Virus record (IMG/VR): IMGVR_UViG_3300046474_000019
Strand: one strand, 5' to 3'
DNA length: 36,004 bases
Source: an uncultured virus (IMG/VR IMGVR_UViG_3300046474_000019)
Lineage: Duplodnaviria > Heunggongvirae > Uroviricota > Caudoviricetes
The translations under genes were made by a program, and so were the position numbers. Below the pieces are notes generated by a model. That model ran no database searches, was not told where the DNA came from, and saw nothing but the letters and a program-made list of their open reading frames with translations. Position 1 is the stretch's first letter. Each line of letters starts with the position of its first letter. This document shows positions 15,363 through 23,926 of the stretch, piece after piece.

Positions 15363-15622
15363 TTTCCAGATACATAGGGTGTTGGATGTGGTATCATGTG
15401 CTTCTCACTCTCGATGGCGAGTACTAAGGAGGTGAGTAACTGAAGAGCTTTCTCTTTATTGGCGTGCTGACTCCGCTCACTGTCACAGCTTACACCAATA
15501 CCAGAAGGTATATGATGCACGGTGATACCACTGGTGGTAAGTCCAACGGTCATTCCGCCAGCTCCGTGTCCAGACTGAGGGAGGTAGCTGGTGATTCGTA
15601 GATCATGTGGGTTAAGCATCAT
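15359..15622 (-). CDS. Class I release factor domain-3-like protein with GGQ->GGM
   Basis: GAGGMTVGLTTSGITVHHIPSGIGVSCDSERSQHANKEKAL vs RF [40 protein letters not shown]; GGAG RBS. Confidence 0.8.
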   Translation of the reverse strand: MMLNPHDLRITSYLPQSGHGAGGMTVGLTTSGITVHHIPSGIGVSCDSERSQHANKEKALQLLTSLVLAIESEKHMIPHPTPYVSGK

Positions 15623-15791
15623 CGTCTCCGTAGTAGAGGATTTCTTCAAACTCATTGCCAAAGTTTTCCAGCACTGCCTCATTGAACCAGCGACTAGCAC
15701 CAGCAGGACAGAGCTTTCCGCACTCAGCAAGGGCAGCATAGAAGTTATTGTACTGGGTTTTCTCTTTCAGTGCAAGCTTATGTTCTGTCAT
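15612..15791 (-). CDS. Hypothetical phage protein
   Basis: ATG 15791 (MTEHKL...), coupled to neighbours. Confidence 0.6.
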   Translation of the reverse strand: MTEHKLALKEKTQYNNFYAALAECGKLCPAGASRWFNEAVLENFGNEFEEILYYGDDDA

Positions 15792-16105
15792 TTGATTACT
15801 ATATACCCCTCTGGAAATGGTTTGTTGTGGTGCTTCCGTGCTAGCCTGTCGATTGTATCCTCGTAGAGAAACTTCCACTCTTGGTCGCACATGTAGCAGT
15901 GGTACTCACGTGAGCGTTCAGCAAAGTAGTTTGGGTAGTATGTGTGGTCACGCACTGCTAGGTGCGACTCTGGGTGTGGACACGTTTTACGCAACTCGTA
16001 CACTGCATTACGAGCTTTCCGTGCAACCTCTTCCAATCGTCCATGCTCGCCATTGCGAAGCAACTCTTGCCCTTCGTAATAATCTGGTCCACTAACTTGT
16101 GTCAT
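15788..16105 (-). CDS. Hypothetical protein with CPH...CxxC Zn motif
   Basis: KTCPHPE...YHCYMCDQEW. Confidence 0.65.
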   Translation of the reverse strand: MTQVSGPDYYEGQELLRNGEHGRLEEVARKARNAVYELRKTCPHPESHLAVRDHTYYPNYFAERSREYHCYMCDQEWKFLYEDTIDRLARKHHNKPFPEGYIVIK

Positions 16106-16362
16106 ATTGCACACATCACAATAACCAATACCAACCACATCATATACAGAGCCCAGAAATCATCATCTGTCATGTCATTCCTCCTATAATAACCAATAGA
16201 TGCCACACTGGCGTCTTAATTTATTGTACTCACCCACAGACATGTATGAGTCGTCTTTCAGTTTGTACACATAGCCACGTGTAGCGTGGAAGAAGAGAGA
16301 AGCGCCCCTCAGGCGCTCCCTCAACGCACGTCGTTGTTGCTCAAGCTCTTGGTAGCGGGTCA

Positions 16363-16605
16363 TTAGTCGCCCCAGTAGGAGAGTTCTTCATCGATTGCTT
16401 CTTTAGCAGTGTACATCAATTCTCCGCCCTCATCACGTGCGTGAAACTCAAGGCTTTCCGCCAGTGCAAAGCAACCATCAACTTCTTCCTGTGCGTAGAT
16501 GCCAAGGCCAATCAGATAGCCTACAGCATCAGCAATCCACTCTTTACGTTCAGCCGCATGGCGTTCTGTGCGTGTTACAAAACTCACTTCTTTCACTGCT
16601 GGCAT
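16363..16605 (-). CDS. Hypothetical phage protein
   Basis: GGAGG RBS before MPAVKEV; ends AIDEELSYWGD. Confidence 0.7.
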   Translation of the reverse strand: MPAVKEVSFVTRTERHAAERKEWIADAVGYLIGLGIYAQEEVDGCFALAESLEFHARDEGGELMYTAKEAIDEELSYWGD

Positions 16606-16781
16606 TCTAGTCCCTCCGTTAAGCCCCAAGCTTCCAGTTCAGCGTAGAGCGAAGTGTTAAACGTCTTGACCGGGGAGATATACGTGCGAGCATACTCCCT
16701 GATCGTTTCATTCATGGGTTGTTCAAACCAAGGCTCTGGTTCTTCCGCACCACAAAGAGGGCAGATGCTACCAGTAGCCAC
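16593..16781 (-). CDS. Hypothetical phage protein
   Basis: GTG after GAGAGGA in the 16593..16991 ORF; CPLC motif. Confidence 0.5.
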   Translation of the reverse strand: MATGSICPLCGAEEPEPWFEQPMNETIREYARTYISPVKTFNTSLYAELEAWGLTEGLECQQ

Positions 16782-17139
16782 GATCCTCTCCCGGTGCACA
16801 ATATTTAGTGGAGACACTGGTGCTGTAGCCATTGGAGGTTCCATACCAGCGAATCCAAGCGTAACCCTCGTCCGTGCGGATAGTGTAAAACGTCCACTCT
16901 TCCACATCGCCGTACTCACTATTACGATCTTTGTTGCTAGACACTTCACACTCAAACCAGACAGCACCCTCAAGGGAGCAAGAAGAATCAATATCCTCTA
17001 TGGATACAGACTCACAGCAGTCTTGGCTATGCCACATGTGGAAGCTAGAGCCGTCTTCAAAGGTGATGGTAACAGAGTCACTACCATTGTCAAGGCCATC
17101 AACACCAACAATCACTTTACCGTAAAATTCTTCGCTCAT
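16768..17139 (-). CDS. Conserved acidic phage protein
   Basis: HSQDCCESVSIEDI...WTFYTIRT.EG...IRWYGTSNGYS; AGGAG RBS. Confidence 0.75.
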   Translation of the reverse strand: MSEEFYGKVIVGVDGLDNGSDSVTITFEDGSSFHMWHSQDCCESVSIEDIDSSCSLEGAVWFECEVSSNKDRNSEYGDVEEWTFYTIRTDEGYAWIRWYGTSNGYSTSVSTKYCAPGEDRGYW

Positions 17140-17196
17140 TATACTCTCCTTTGTAGTGTGAGAGCAGGAAACCTGCTCAATTTTTCACGCGGTCGC

Positions 17197-17541
17197 TTAG
17201 GCGATGATATCATCCCAAGGCACAGCCACCATATTGAAGTCTGCGTATGGAATCAGGTGTTCCACTGCCTGTCCAAGGTCGTTGTAGGTGCTGTAAGACA
17301 CCATTTCACCAGTCCACTGTGTATCAGGGAACCAGTTACTCCAAACTCGGGTGCGTACACCGTAAGGCAAGCCTTTTGGCAGTGCGAAGGTGAGAGTGTT
17401 GAACATTGTTGCCTCAGCCAGCACCAGCGGAACATCTTGCACGTAGAAGTTGATGCTTTTGGCCTTCATCACATCGTCAAGACGATAATCAGAGATTTGA
17501 CCAGTTGGTCTGCAAGAAGGGCCGTCATATCCGTAGAACAT
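17197..17541 (-). CDS. Hypothetical phage protein
   Basis: AGGAG RBS, 114 aa. Confidence 0.7.
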   Translation of the reverse strand: MFYGYDGPSCRPTGQISDYRLDDVMKAKSINFYVQDVPLVLAEATMFNTLTFALPKGLPYGVRTRVWSNWFPDTQWTGEMVSYSTYNDLGQAVEHLIPYADFNMVAVPWDDIIA

Positions 17542-17568
17542 TGTGTTTCTCCTATGGGTTTATATACC

Positions 17569-17592
17569 AAGAAACCCCGCCGAAGCGGGGTT
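17569..17592 (-). terminator. Rho-independent terminator after terD
   Basis: AACCCCGC-TTCG-GCGGGGTTTCTT on - strand. Confidence 0.8.
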
Positions 17593-17599
17593 GGGTGTG

Positions 17600-18175
17600 T
17601 TACGCGAAAGCTTTTAGCACTTGGTTCGGGTTAGCAGCAGCCGATTCACCCATTGGTTGGAAGCCCCAACCGTCTGCTGTACGTTGCAGAGTACCAACAT
17701 GCAGAGCAGTATGGTTGACAAACTGTTGCAACTTGTACTCGGCCAGCAGCTTGTTGTCCTGATCGTATAGCTTGAAGCTACCACCGCTGATCATACTCAG
17801 GTCTTGCTGGCGATCTACCGCATCGTGCAAGAAGACGAAGTGTTCAACCTTGTCAATGTGAGCAGGAATCTTGGTGATGTCTACGAGAATTTCTTCGTCG
17901 TCTTGGCCTGCAACGTCAGCACCATTACGGTTATCACGTGGCAGAACAACAGCACCGTTGTAGCAGTCTTTGTTGTTGAAGAAGCAAACGTTCTTCATAT
18001 CACCTTTGATGCTACCGTTGCTGGTCAGGAACATGAAGATGTCAAGGTCAAATTCATGGCCTTTGCTTGCCATCGGGTGCAGTTCCCAGTTCAGAGCGCC
18101 ACGCAGGCGGGTCAGCGAAGGGGAAACTTTGGTCAGGTCCAACATCAGGGTATCTTTGCTCAAGTTAAGCTCCAT
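17600..18175 (-). CDS. terD: TerD-family stress protein
   Basis: FDLDIF, VCFFNN, DNRNG...DDEEILVDITKIPAHI, W.FQPMGE. Confidence 0.9.
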   Translation of the reverse strand: MELNLSKDTLMLDLTKVSPSLTRLRGALNWELHPMASKGHEFDLDIFMFLTSNGSIKGDMKNVCFFNNKDCYNGAVVLPRDNRNGADVAGQDDEEILVDITKIPAHIDKVEHFVFLHDAVDRQQDLSMISGGSFKLYDQDNKLLAEYKLQQFVNHTALHVGTLQRTADGWGFQPMGESAAANPNQVLKAFA

Positions 18176-18236
18176 TATAAAATCCTCATTTTAGTGTTTG
18201 GTTGAGGGGCCATTGTGCCCCTCTTTTGGTTTAGTG

Positions 18237-18917
18237 TCAAGCAGTCTTTGCGATGAACTGTTTGTTTACGAAGGCGAACGCTACAACAGTCAGGCCACCA
18301 ACAACTTTAGCCAACAGGTGGTTCACTTCGCCAACATGAGTGATGAAGAATGGATCAGAGATCAACATTTCAGCACCAACTACACCCAACATTGCAGCAC
18401 CGATCCAGATGATGATCTTGAAACGATCCATCAAGCCCGACAGGTATTTCGCACCGTAGACAATGATTGGGATGCTCAGAACGATACCAGCGATTGCGTA
18501 CAGAGTCGAATGAGCGCCAGTGTTAGAAGCAGCACCAGCTACAGCCATTACGTTGTCCAGCGAGAGCATGAAGTCCGCTACGATGATAGTCCAGACAGCG
18601 CCCCAAATCGAGTCTTTCTGTGCAACTTCGTGTGGCTCATCGTGACCAGTCAACAACGAGTAGCCGATGTAAACCAAGTACAGACCAGCAACCAGCTTCA
18701 GGAACGGCACGCCCAAGAGGAACGTTGCAAACACCAGCAGGACAGCTCGCAGTGCAATGGCACCAGCAGTACCCAGCAGGATTGCCTTACCTCGTACACT
18801 TACCGCCAACGAGGCACATGCCAGAGCGATTACGATTGCGTTGTCAAGGCCGAGAAGCAAGTCGATCATCATGATCTTGAAGATTGCAACCCAGTCCAAC
18901 ATTGCGAAAAATTCCAT
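18237..18917 (-). CDS. terC: TerC-family integral membrane protein
   Basis: IDLLLGLDNAIVIALA, IIVADFMLSLDNVMAVAGAA; multiple TM helices. Confidence 0.9.
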   Translation of the reverse strand: MEFFAMLDWVAIFKIMMIDLLLGLDNAIVIALACASLAVSVRGKAILLGTAGAIALRAVLLVFATFLLGVPFLKLVAGLYLVYIGYSLLTGHDEPHEVAQKDSIWGAVWTIIVADFMLSLDNVMAVAGAASNTGAHSTLYAIAGIVLSIPIIVYGAKYLSGLMDRFKIIIWIGAAMLGVVGAEMLISDPFFITHVGEVNHLLAKVVGGLTVVAFAFVNKQFIAKTA

Positions 18918-19198
18918 TATTTAGCCTCCAGTGCTTCGATTTGTGCCAAAACGGTCAGTACATCTTCATCCGACAGGTGCCCAATAACATCATTGGTAAT
19001 CGGTGTAGAGTAGTCCAGATGGAACTCAGTGTCGTTAACGAAGGTGAGCACTGCCAGTTCCCAGAGCCCTTCGTCGTAGCCGTAGGTAGTACCAAAAAAT
19101 CCTACGTTAGGTGCTCGTACCACCGAAGCGCCGTACCCATTTTCAAACTTGTGAACAACTTGAGTACCGCCGTTCAGGTCGCGAGTATAAAGTTCCAT
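18917..19198 (-). CDS. Conserved phage protein
   Basis: FENGYGASVV...GLWELAVL...TPITNDVIGHL; AGGAGG RBS. Confidence 0.8.
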   Translation of the reverse strand: MELYTRDLNGGTQVVHKFENGYGASVVRAPNVGFFGTTYGYDEGLWELAVLTFVNDTEFHLDYSTPITNDVIGHLSDEDVLTVLAQIEALEAK

Positions 19199-19224
19199 GT
19201 ATCCTCCTTTGTTTGTGTTGGGCT

Positions 19225-19253
19225 ATCTTACTAAGGATAGCCCATCGTGTCAA
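19225..19253 (-). promoter_or_regulatory. sigma70 promoter with inverted repeat overlapping -10
   Basis: TTGACA-17-TAAGAT; TGGGCTATC..GATAGCCCA. Confidence 0.8.
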
Positions 19254-19256
19254 CGT

Positions 19257-19907
19257 TTATTTGGTTGCGAAAGCCTTGAACTCTTCGTTCAACAACAGCT
19301 CATAGAAGCGGTTCTGGTCTACAGCCTTCGGATTCGGGATGTACAGCACTTCAACAGTGTCGTACTTGGCCCCGATCATGTCCAGATAACGCTTATCAAC
19401 GCCGTTGCCGATTGCCACGATCTGTACGAAGGTGTTCTCCAGCGAATCCAGTTGAGCTTCGAAGTCACGCTGGTCGTTGTTCTGACCATCAGTGATGAAG
19501 CCGATGTAAGTTGGGGTTGCTACCTTAGCAGGTCCAAAACCGAACAGCCCACGTTTGGTTGCACTACCTTTCAAACCCTTGATGGCATCTGCGAAGTTGG
19601 TGCCGCCACCAGCGGTGATACGGTGTTTACGGACGTACAGGCCGTGGTCGTCAATAGTTGCATCTGGAGTGCGGTCAAAACTGGTGTTGAAGAAACCAAT
19701 CTCCATCTTACCGTCATCGTCAAACTTCATGGCAGCAGCCAAGAATAGGTCGATAGTGTCTTGTACCCAACCGCAGCGGAACTCGTCGTCCATGCTACCA
19801 GATTTGTCTACAGCCAGCTTAACGGCCATAGTGATTGGTGTGAAAATCTGAGCCTTTTCGAGATTCAGTTCCAGCGATTTGGTCAGGTCTAACATTGGCA
19901 TACCCAT
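19257..19907 (-). CDS. vWA-domain protein (ter-associated)
   Basis: MIDAS DKSGSM, GGTNF, FITDG, FVQIVAIG. Confidence 0.9.
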   Translation of the reverse strand: MGMPMLDLTKSLELNLEKAQIFTPITMAVKLAVDKSGSMDDEFRCGWVQDTIDLFLAAAMKFDDDGKMEIGFFNTSFDRTPDATIDDHGLYVRKHRITAGGGTNFADAIKGLKGSATKRGLFGFGPAKVATPTYIGFITDGQNNDQRDFEAQLDSLENTFVQIVAIGNGVDKRYLDMIGAKYDTVEVLYIPNPKAVDQNRFYELLLNEEFKAFATK

Positions 19908-19929
19908 ATATCCTCCTTTGGATTAAGTT

Positions 19930-21030
19930 TTAGATTGTACCGGAAGCTTTCAACGCCGTCAACAGTGATTTTTGCCCCTCTACAATCTGGATTGCTTCTT
20001 GTTCACGTTTGGTTTGAGCATCAGCTTCAACCCGTTTCACTTCCACTACGGTTTCCATTACACGGTTACGTAGTATTTGAAGCGTGTCACTTGTGATCAC
20101 CGGGGTGTTCAAGGCTTTAGCGCTTTCAACGGCAGCCATCTTAGCACCGTCAGCACCTTTGATCAAGGTTTTTGTTGCCAAAGTTCGCACCTCGTTTGTG
20201 AGTTTGATACTCTTCTGGCTATCCACTGTTTGGATGTACAGGGCAAACTCCATCTTGACGATAGGAATAGTCTGACTGATGATATCCTTCAACGTGCTGA
20301 TAGTCACACGACTGGTGTCCTGCTGCTGACGAATCTTCGGGCTATTCAGCTCGGTCATCGCCTTCAGGCGGATCAAGTTGTCATGCTTCATACGCAAGCG
20401 GTTAAGCTTGGCTTCAGCATCACGTGTCTGCTGAATAGCCATCGCAGCGGTTGGGCTGCTCAGGTCAATCTCAGGCCAGTTCTTAATCTGGTTCTCTACA
20501 TAACTGATCAGACGATCAGTCTCGCCCATTTCAGCAACGATCTTCTGGTAGTGGTTGAAGTTTTCATTATATAGAGACTCCAAGTCCTTCACCCACTCTT
20601 GCTGGGTAGTGATGTGCGTACCGATCTTACCTTCCAGATTGTCGAACACTCCTTGAGCGCTCTTCAGCCGCATGGTGAGAGTGGCCTTCACGTCAGTAAA
20701 CTTGTTCTGCATCCAGCCGATCATACCACCCTTTTGCAAGGAAGCCGGGTCGAGCTTGTCCACTTCGCCAGTGATCTGGGTCAGGATTGCACCCAAGTCA
20801 TCAAACTTACCAACGACCATTTTGTCAATAATCTTCTGAGTGGTTTGACCAATCTCACGGCTCACGTCTTCACCGATCTTATCAATGTCAGCGTCCGTGA
20901 CGATCAGGTTTTGCATTGGTGCAATCTGAGACTGCTGTGTAGCAGCCGGAAACATGCTTGGTTTTGGCGCTGCTGGGGCGAAGCCAACATTCACAGCGTC
21001 CTTGACACCAGCTTTAGCGAACAAACTCAT
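19930..21030 (-). CDS. TelA/KlaA-like toxic anion resistance protein
   Basis: 366 aa coiled-coil, DDLGAILTQI...LDP, TIPIVK; ter context. Confidence 0.75.
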   Translation of the reverse strand: MSLFAKAGVKDAVNVGFAPAAPKPSMFPAATQQSQIAPMQNLIVTDADIDKIGEDVSREIGQTTQKIIDKMVVGKFDDLGAILTQITGEVDKLDPASLQKGGMIGWMQNKFTDVKATLTMRLKSAQGVFDNLEGKIGTHITTQQEWVKDLESLYNENFNHYQKIVAEMGETDRLISYVENQIKNWPEIDLSSPTAAMAIQQTRDAEAKLNRLRMKHDNLIRLKAMTELNSPKIRQQQDTSRVTISTLKDIISQTIPIVKMEFALYIQTVDSQKSIKLTNEVRTLATKTLIKGADGAKMAAVESAKALNTPVITSDTLQILRNRVMETVVEVKRVEADAQTKREQEAIQIVEGQKSLLTALKASGTI

Positions 21031-21534
21031 TTAATCCTCCTTCAAATCTGATAATGGCATGTCTTCTCTTGGGTAGATGAAGACTGCTGGGTATTTCATC
21101 AATCTTACGTTGTCGTCACAGTAGTTGTCAACCAATCTTTCGTGTAATAGTTCACACGCTTTCATGTACCTCTGTGCTTGACGTTCTCCTATGTTCAACA
21201 GATGCGAGATTGTACTAGCATTTATCTCTTCAAGGCAAGCGAAACATTGCATGATGCCCTTACTGCTCAGAGGAATATTTCTAGACCCCCTGTCGTACCA
21301 GTCTAACCTTGACACGCCAACAACGGCATCATCAACCCACAAAGGCCAGTTATCTTCCTCAATATAGCGGATTTGCTGAATCTCTGGCTGAATTAAGTTA
21401 CAAAAAGAGGCGGGCTTGCGGCCCGCCTTAATTGGTTTGAAATTGTAGAGGGATTTCTCCCTCTTCGCAATCAACTTATCAGCATTGGCAGAGAGACGTG
21501 CGTCAAGAGCCGCAAGTTCCTCCACTGTCATCAT
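21031..21534 (-). CDS. Hypothetical protein with HTH-like segment
   Basis: INASTISHLLNIGERQAQRYMKA. Confidence 0.6.
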   Translation of the reverse strand: MMTVEELAALDARLSANADKLIAKREKSLYNFKPIKAGRKPASFCNLIQPEIQQIRYIEEDNWPLWVDDAVVGVSRLDWYDRGSRNIPLSSKGIMQCFACLEEINASTISHLLNIGERQAQRYMKACELLHERLVDNYCDDNVRLMKYPAVFIYPREDMPLSDLKED

Positions 21535-21851
21535 GCCGGTAGAAGCTCCGGCGTAGGGTATAACGGGTCAGGACGCAAGGAAGGGTCAGAAGGCCACAGT
21601 GCAGCTTCCTCTACCAAGTAGTAGTTTTCCTTGAAGCGAGCGTGCCCGCCGTCAGCGTAGTAGACGTGATACTGAACAACAGACGTTTTGGTGTTGTTCC
21701 CTGCACTGTTACGTTCAAGTTTGATTGCAGCCACATCTGGCGAGCCATTTGCAGTTACGTCAACCCACCAATCGTCTACGATTGCCCCTGTTCCCTGTCC
21801 AGCAACTTCCACCAAACGGCAGATGATGTAAACCATTACTCTTTGTGTCAT
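21531..21851 (-). CDS. Hypothetical phage protein
   Basis: 106 aa, coupled. Confidence 0.65.
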   Translation of the reverse strand: MTQRVMVYIICRLVEVAGQGTGAIVDDWWVDVTANGSPDVAAIKLERNSAGNNTKTSVVQYHVYYADGGHARFKENYYLVEEAALWPSDPSLRPDPLYPTPELLPA

Positions 21852-22099
21852 TTTGTAATCCTTGTATTAGGAGAGGCGTAACTCGCCTCTACAGCTAATT
21901 GTACCATATCCATGAGAATATGTACACCCCTGTTGTAGGTGGGGCCAGTACGCCAACGAGCCTCTTCGATCTGGTCGAGCATGTAGTCTCTGTCGGCATC
22001 TTCCAGCAATTCTACACCCCGCATAAAGCGATCACGTATTTCCTCAGTACCCATGTCCACTAGCAGAAACCTCACGATAGATACGAACGTCCTCTTCAA
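21848..22099 (-). CDS. Hypothetical phage protein
   Basis: Coupled ORF; start may be the internal ATG (MGTEE). Confidence 0.55.
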   Translation of the reverse strand: MKRTFVSIVRFLLVDMGTEEIRDRFMRGVELLEDADRDYMLDQIEEARWRTGPTYNRGVHILMDMVQLAVEASYASPNTRITK

Positions 22100-22268
22100 G
22101 GGTTGTCATTTTGCTCACTACCCAGCCAAAGAGGATTGCACCCTCAAAATAGGTCAGGACTTCGTACTTGTCAACGTCATCCTCACAGACAACACTTGAC
22201 GATGTGATAGCTGGACGACCATGCTCCATACGGCTTGTGTGTACAAAGTCAACTCTCACTACTTTCAT
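22044..22268 (-). CDS. Hypothetical phage protein
   Basis: GGAGG RBS, TAATG coupling (MKVVRV...). Confidence 0.6.
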   Translation of the reverse strand: MKVVRVDFVHTSRMEHGRPAITSSSVVCEDDVDKYEVLTYFEGAILFGWVVSKMTTLEEDVRIYREVSASGHGY

Positions 22269-22840
22269 TACATTCCTCCAATCCACTTTGTGATGCGTTC
22301 GTAGTCCTCAGCCTTGTTCAGGTTGAAGCATTGAACGCCATTCTCAGTTGCCAGTTTGATTGCAGTAGCAGTTCCACCTTTAGGGTTACCTTGCTTATCC
22401 AACTTCGTCCATGCTATTAGCATTTTGGATGGCTGGTCAAGCGTTTTCCCTAGCACTTGAAAGACGTTGCGAGTGTGCATCTTTCTTGCGCCTTGTTTGC
22501 AAGCTTCCCAAGCCGGATGAACCGCCATAGCCATACCCTCAGCAATGGACTCAGTATTAAAGTGGATTTCACTTGGAAGGACATTCAACCCTCCATGCGT
22601 ATACCTGTGGTGATTTTCATAGCCTGCCCAAGGTAAGTAGATTTCAGCGGGTGTCCACTCGTAAGGGCCATCCAATCCAACAAACCTAAACATCCCTCTT
22701 TCAAACGCTTGATCCGCTCCTACAGCACCCCCAGACCTCAGTGTCCAGCCTTGGGAGGCGAGGGCAAAGCCCACGTCCTCCATCAGCGTTAGAATGTTGG
22801 CAGGCGTCTCTCTCGATCCAACGCCCGTATAACACTTCAT
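22268..22840 (-). CDS. SLOG-superfamily (DprA/Smf-like Rossmann) protein
   Basis: YTGVGSRETP, LRSGGAVGADQAFE, RN..QVLG, GGTATAI. Confidence 0.8.
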   Translation of the reverse strand: MKCYTGVGSRETPANILTLMEDVGFALASQGWTLRSGGAVGADQAFERGMFRFVGLDGPYEWTPAEIYLPWAGYENHHRYTHGGLNVLPSEIHFNTESIAEGMAMAVHPAWEACKQGARKMHTRNVFQVLGKTLDQPSKMLIAWTKLDKQGNPKGGTATAIKLATENGVQCFNLNKAEDYERITKWIGGM

Positions 22841-23136
22841 ACCACAGAACGACCGGATGGTTTAGGCTCTTCCTTCGGCAGGCCAACGTTCACCATTGCC
22901 AGAATACTCACCTTGACGGTGGACATGGCATCACCAATCATACGGCATGGCAGGATGAATGGGCCGTAAACCGCTTCACCACAAGCCTCGCTAAAGTCAC
23001 GTTGGGTTACACGACGCACTTCCTTGAAACGGATTGCGTACAAGAAGTAGAACACATAAGTGGCATACACGATCCCGTAGGCAATTGCGATAACCAACCA
23101 GTTGTTTACCAAGAAACTCAGTGCAGAATCAATCAT
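22837..23136 (-). CDS. Hypothetical membrane protein
   Basis: Hydrophobic N-terminus, 99 aa. Confidence 0.65.
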   Translation of the reverse strand: MIDSALSFLVNNWLVIAIAYGIVYATYVFYFLYAIRFKEVRRVTQRDFSEACGEAVYGPFILPCRMIGDAMSTVKVSILAMVNVGLPKEEPKPSGRSVV

Positions 23137-23288
23137 TTATCTCTCCCTTCTAATTTACGCCAAGCGGCATCTGTTTGTTTTAGTAGAGCCTCAAGCTCTT
23201 TCCACTTCTTAGCTTTGTAAAGCTCTAAGGCTTCACTTCCCGGTGCTAGCCAATGACCCGGCTTGTACTCAACTGCATCACGGTACAT
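23133..23288 (-). CDS. Small hypothetical protein (51 aa, not in ORF track)
   Basis: MYRDAVEYKPGHWLAPGSEALELYKAKKWKELEALLKQTDAAWRKLEGRDK. Confidence 0.6.
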   Translation of the reverse strand: MYRDAVEYKPGHWLAPGSEALELYKAKKWKELEALLKQTDAAWRKLEGRDK

Positions 23289-23766
23289 CTTCTTCCCTCA
23301 GCACGTAGATGGTGACATCGAAACCATTAAATAGTCTGTCGATGATTTCAGCGATTGTACCCCAATCACCACCGCCAAGTCCAGCACCAATTTTAGGGAA
23401 ACCGATGTGCCAAGGGCCGTTGCCAGTTAGGAGGTCATCACGCATTACTGTGAGAGCCTGTTCCAGCTTGGCGTAGTCAGTGTAGCCCTTGGCGTCGTAA
23501 CCGTAGTGGTATTGACCATAGAGGTTGTAGATGGCTCCAATGCCTCCGTGGTCATAGTAGTGGATGCCCAAGCTCAGATCACCAAACTTATTCTTGTCAC
23601 CCTTCACGGTTTCTTGGTCAGCCTCCCAAGCATCACGGAATGCCAACTTGATTGCCTTGGCAACACCAGAGTTCATCGTGTTGAAGCAGTTAGCTTGGTG
23701 CCCGATTACATTCACTTCACCGTCGATCAGAGCCTGACACAGATCACCTACTTTGTACTTAAGCAT
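23278..23766 (-). CDS. Macrodomain (ADP-ribose binding/processing) protein
   Basis: KVGDL, HQANCFNTMNSGVA, NLYGQ, FPKIGAGLGGGDW; AGGAG RBS before ATG 23766. Confidence 0.9.
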   Translation of the reverse strand: MLKYKVGDLCQALIDGEVNVIGHQANCFNTMNSGVAKAIKLAFRDAWEADQETVKGDKNKFGDLSLGIHYYDHGGIGAIYNLYGQYHYGYDAKGYTDYAKLEQALTVMRDDLLTGNGPWHIGFPKIGAGLGGGDWGTIAEIIDRLFNGFDVTIYVLREEDVP

Positions 23767-23881
23767 AGATCGTCTCCTTGAAGTGCTTGGCTTTAGCCAT
23801 TTGGCGTTCGTGATACTTCTCATGAATGTCAGAAGCCAGTACGAGTGCACCCAAACCCAGAATGAAAATCAGAAATTCCAT
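23759..23881 (-). CDS. Small membrane protein (40 aa)
   Basis: AGGAGG RBS; MEFLIFILGLGALVLASDIHEK... Confidence 0.65.
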   Translation of the reverse strand: MEFLIFILGLGALVLASDIHEKYHERQMAKAKHFKETIYA

Positions 23882-23926
23882 AAATCCTCCTTTGAAAAGA
23901 AACCCCTCCGAAGAGTGGCTTAGTGG

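Noticed and set aside
16654..19013. Long + strand ORFs (16654..17634, 17804..18205, 18198..19013)
   Set aside because: Overlap well-supported - strand genes with RBSs and terminators (terD, terC and others).
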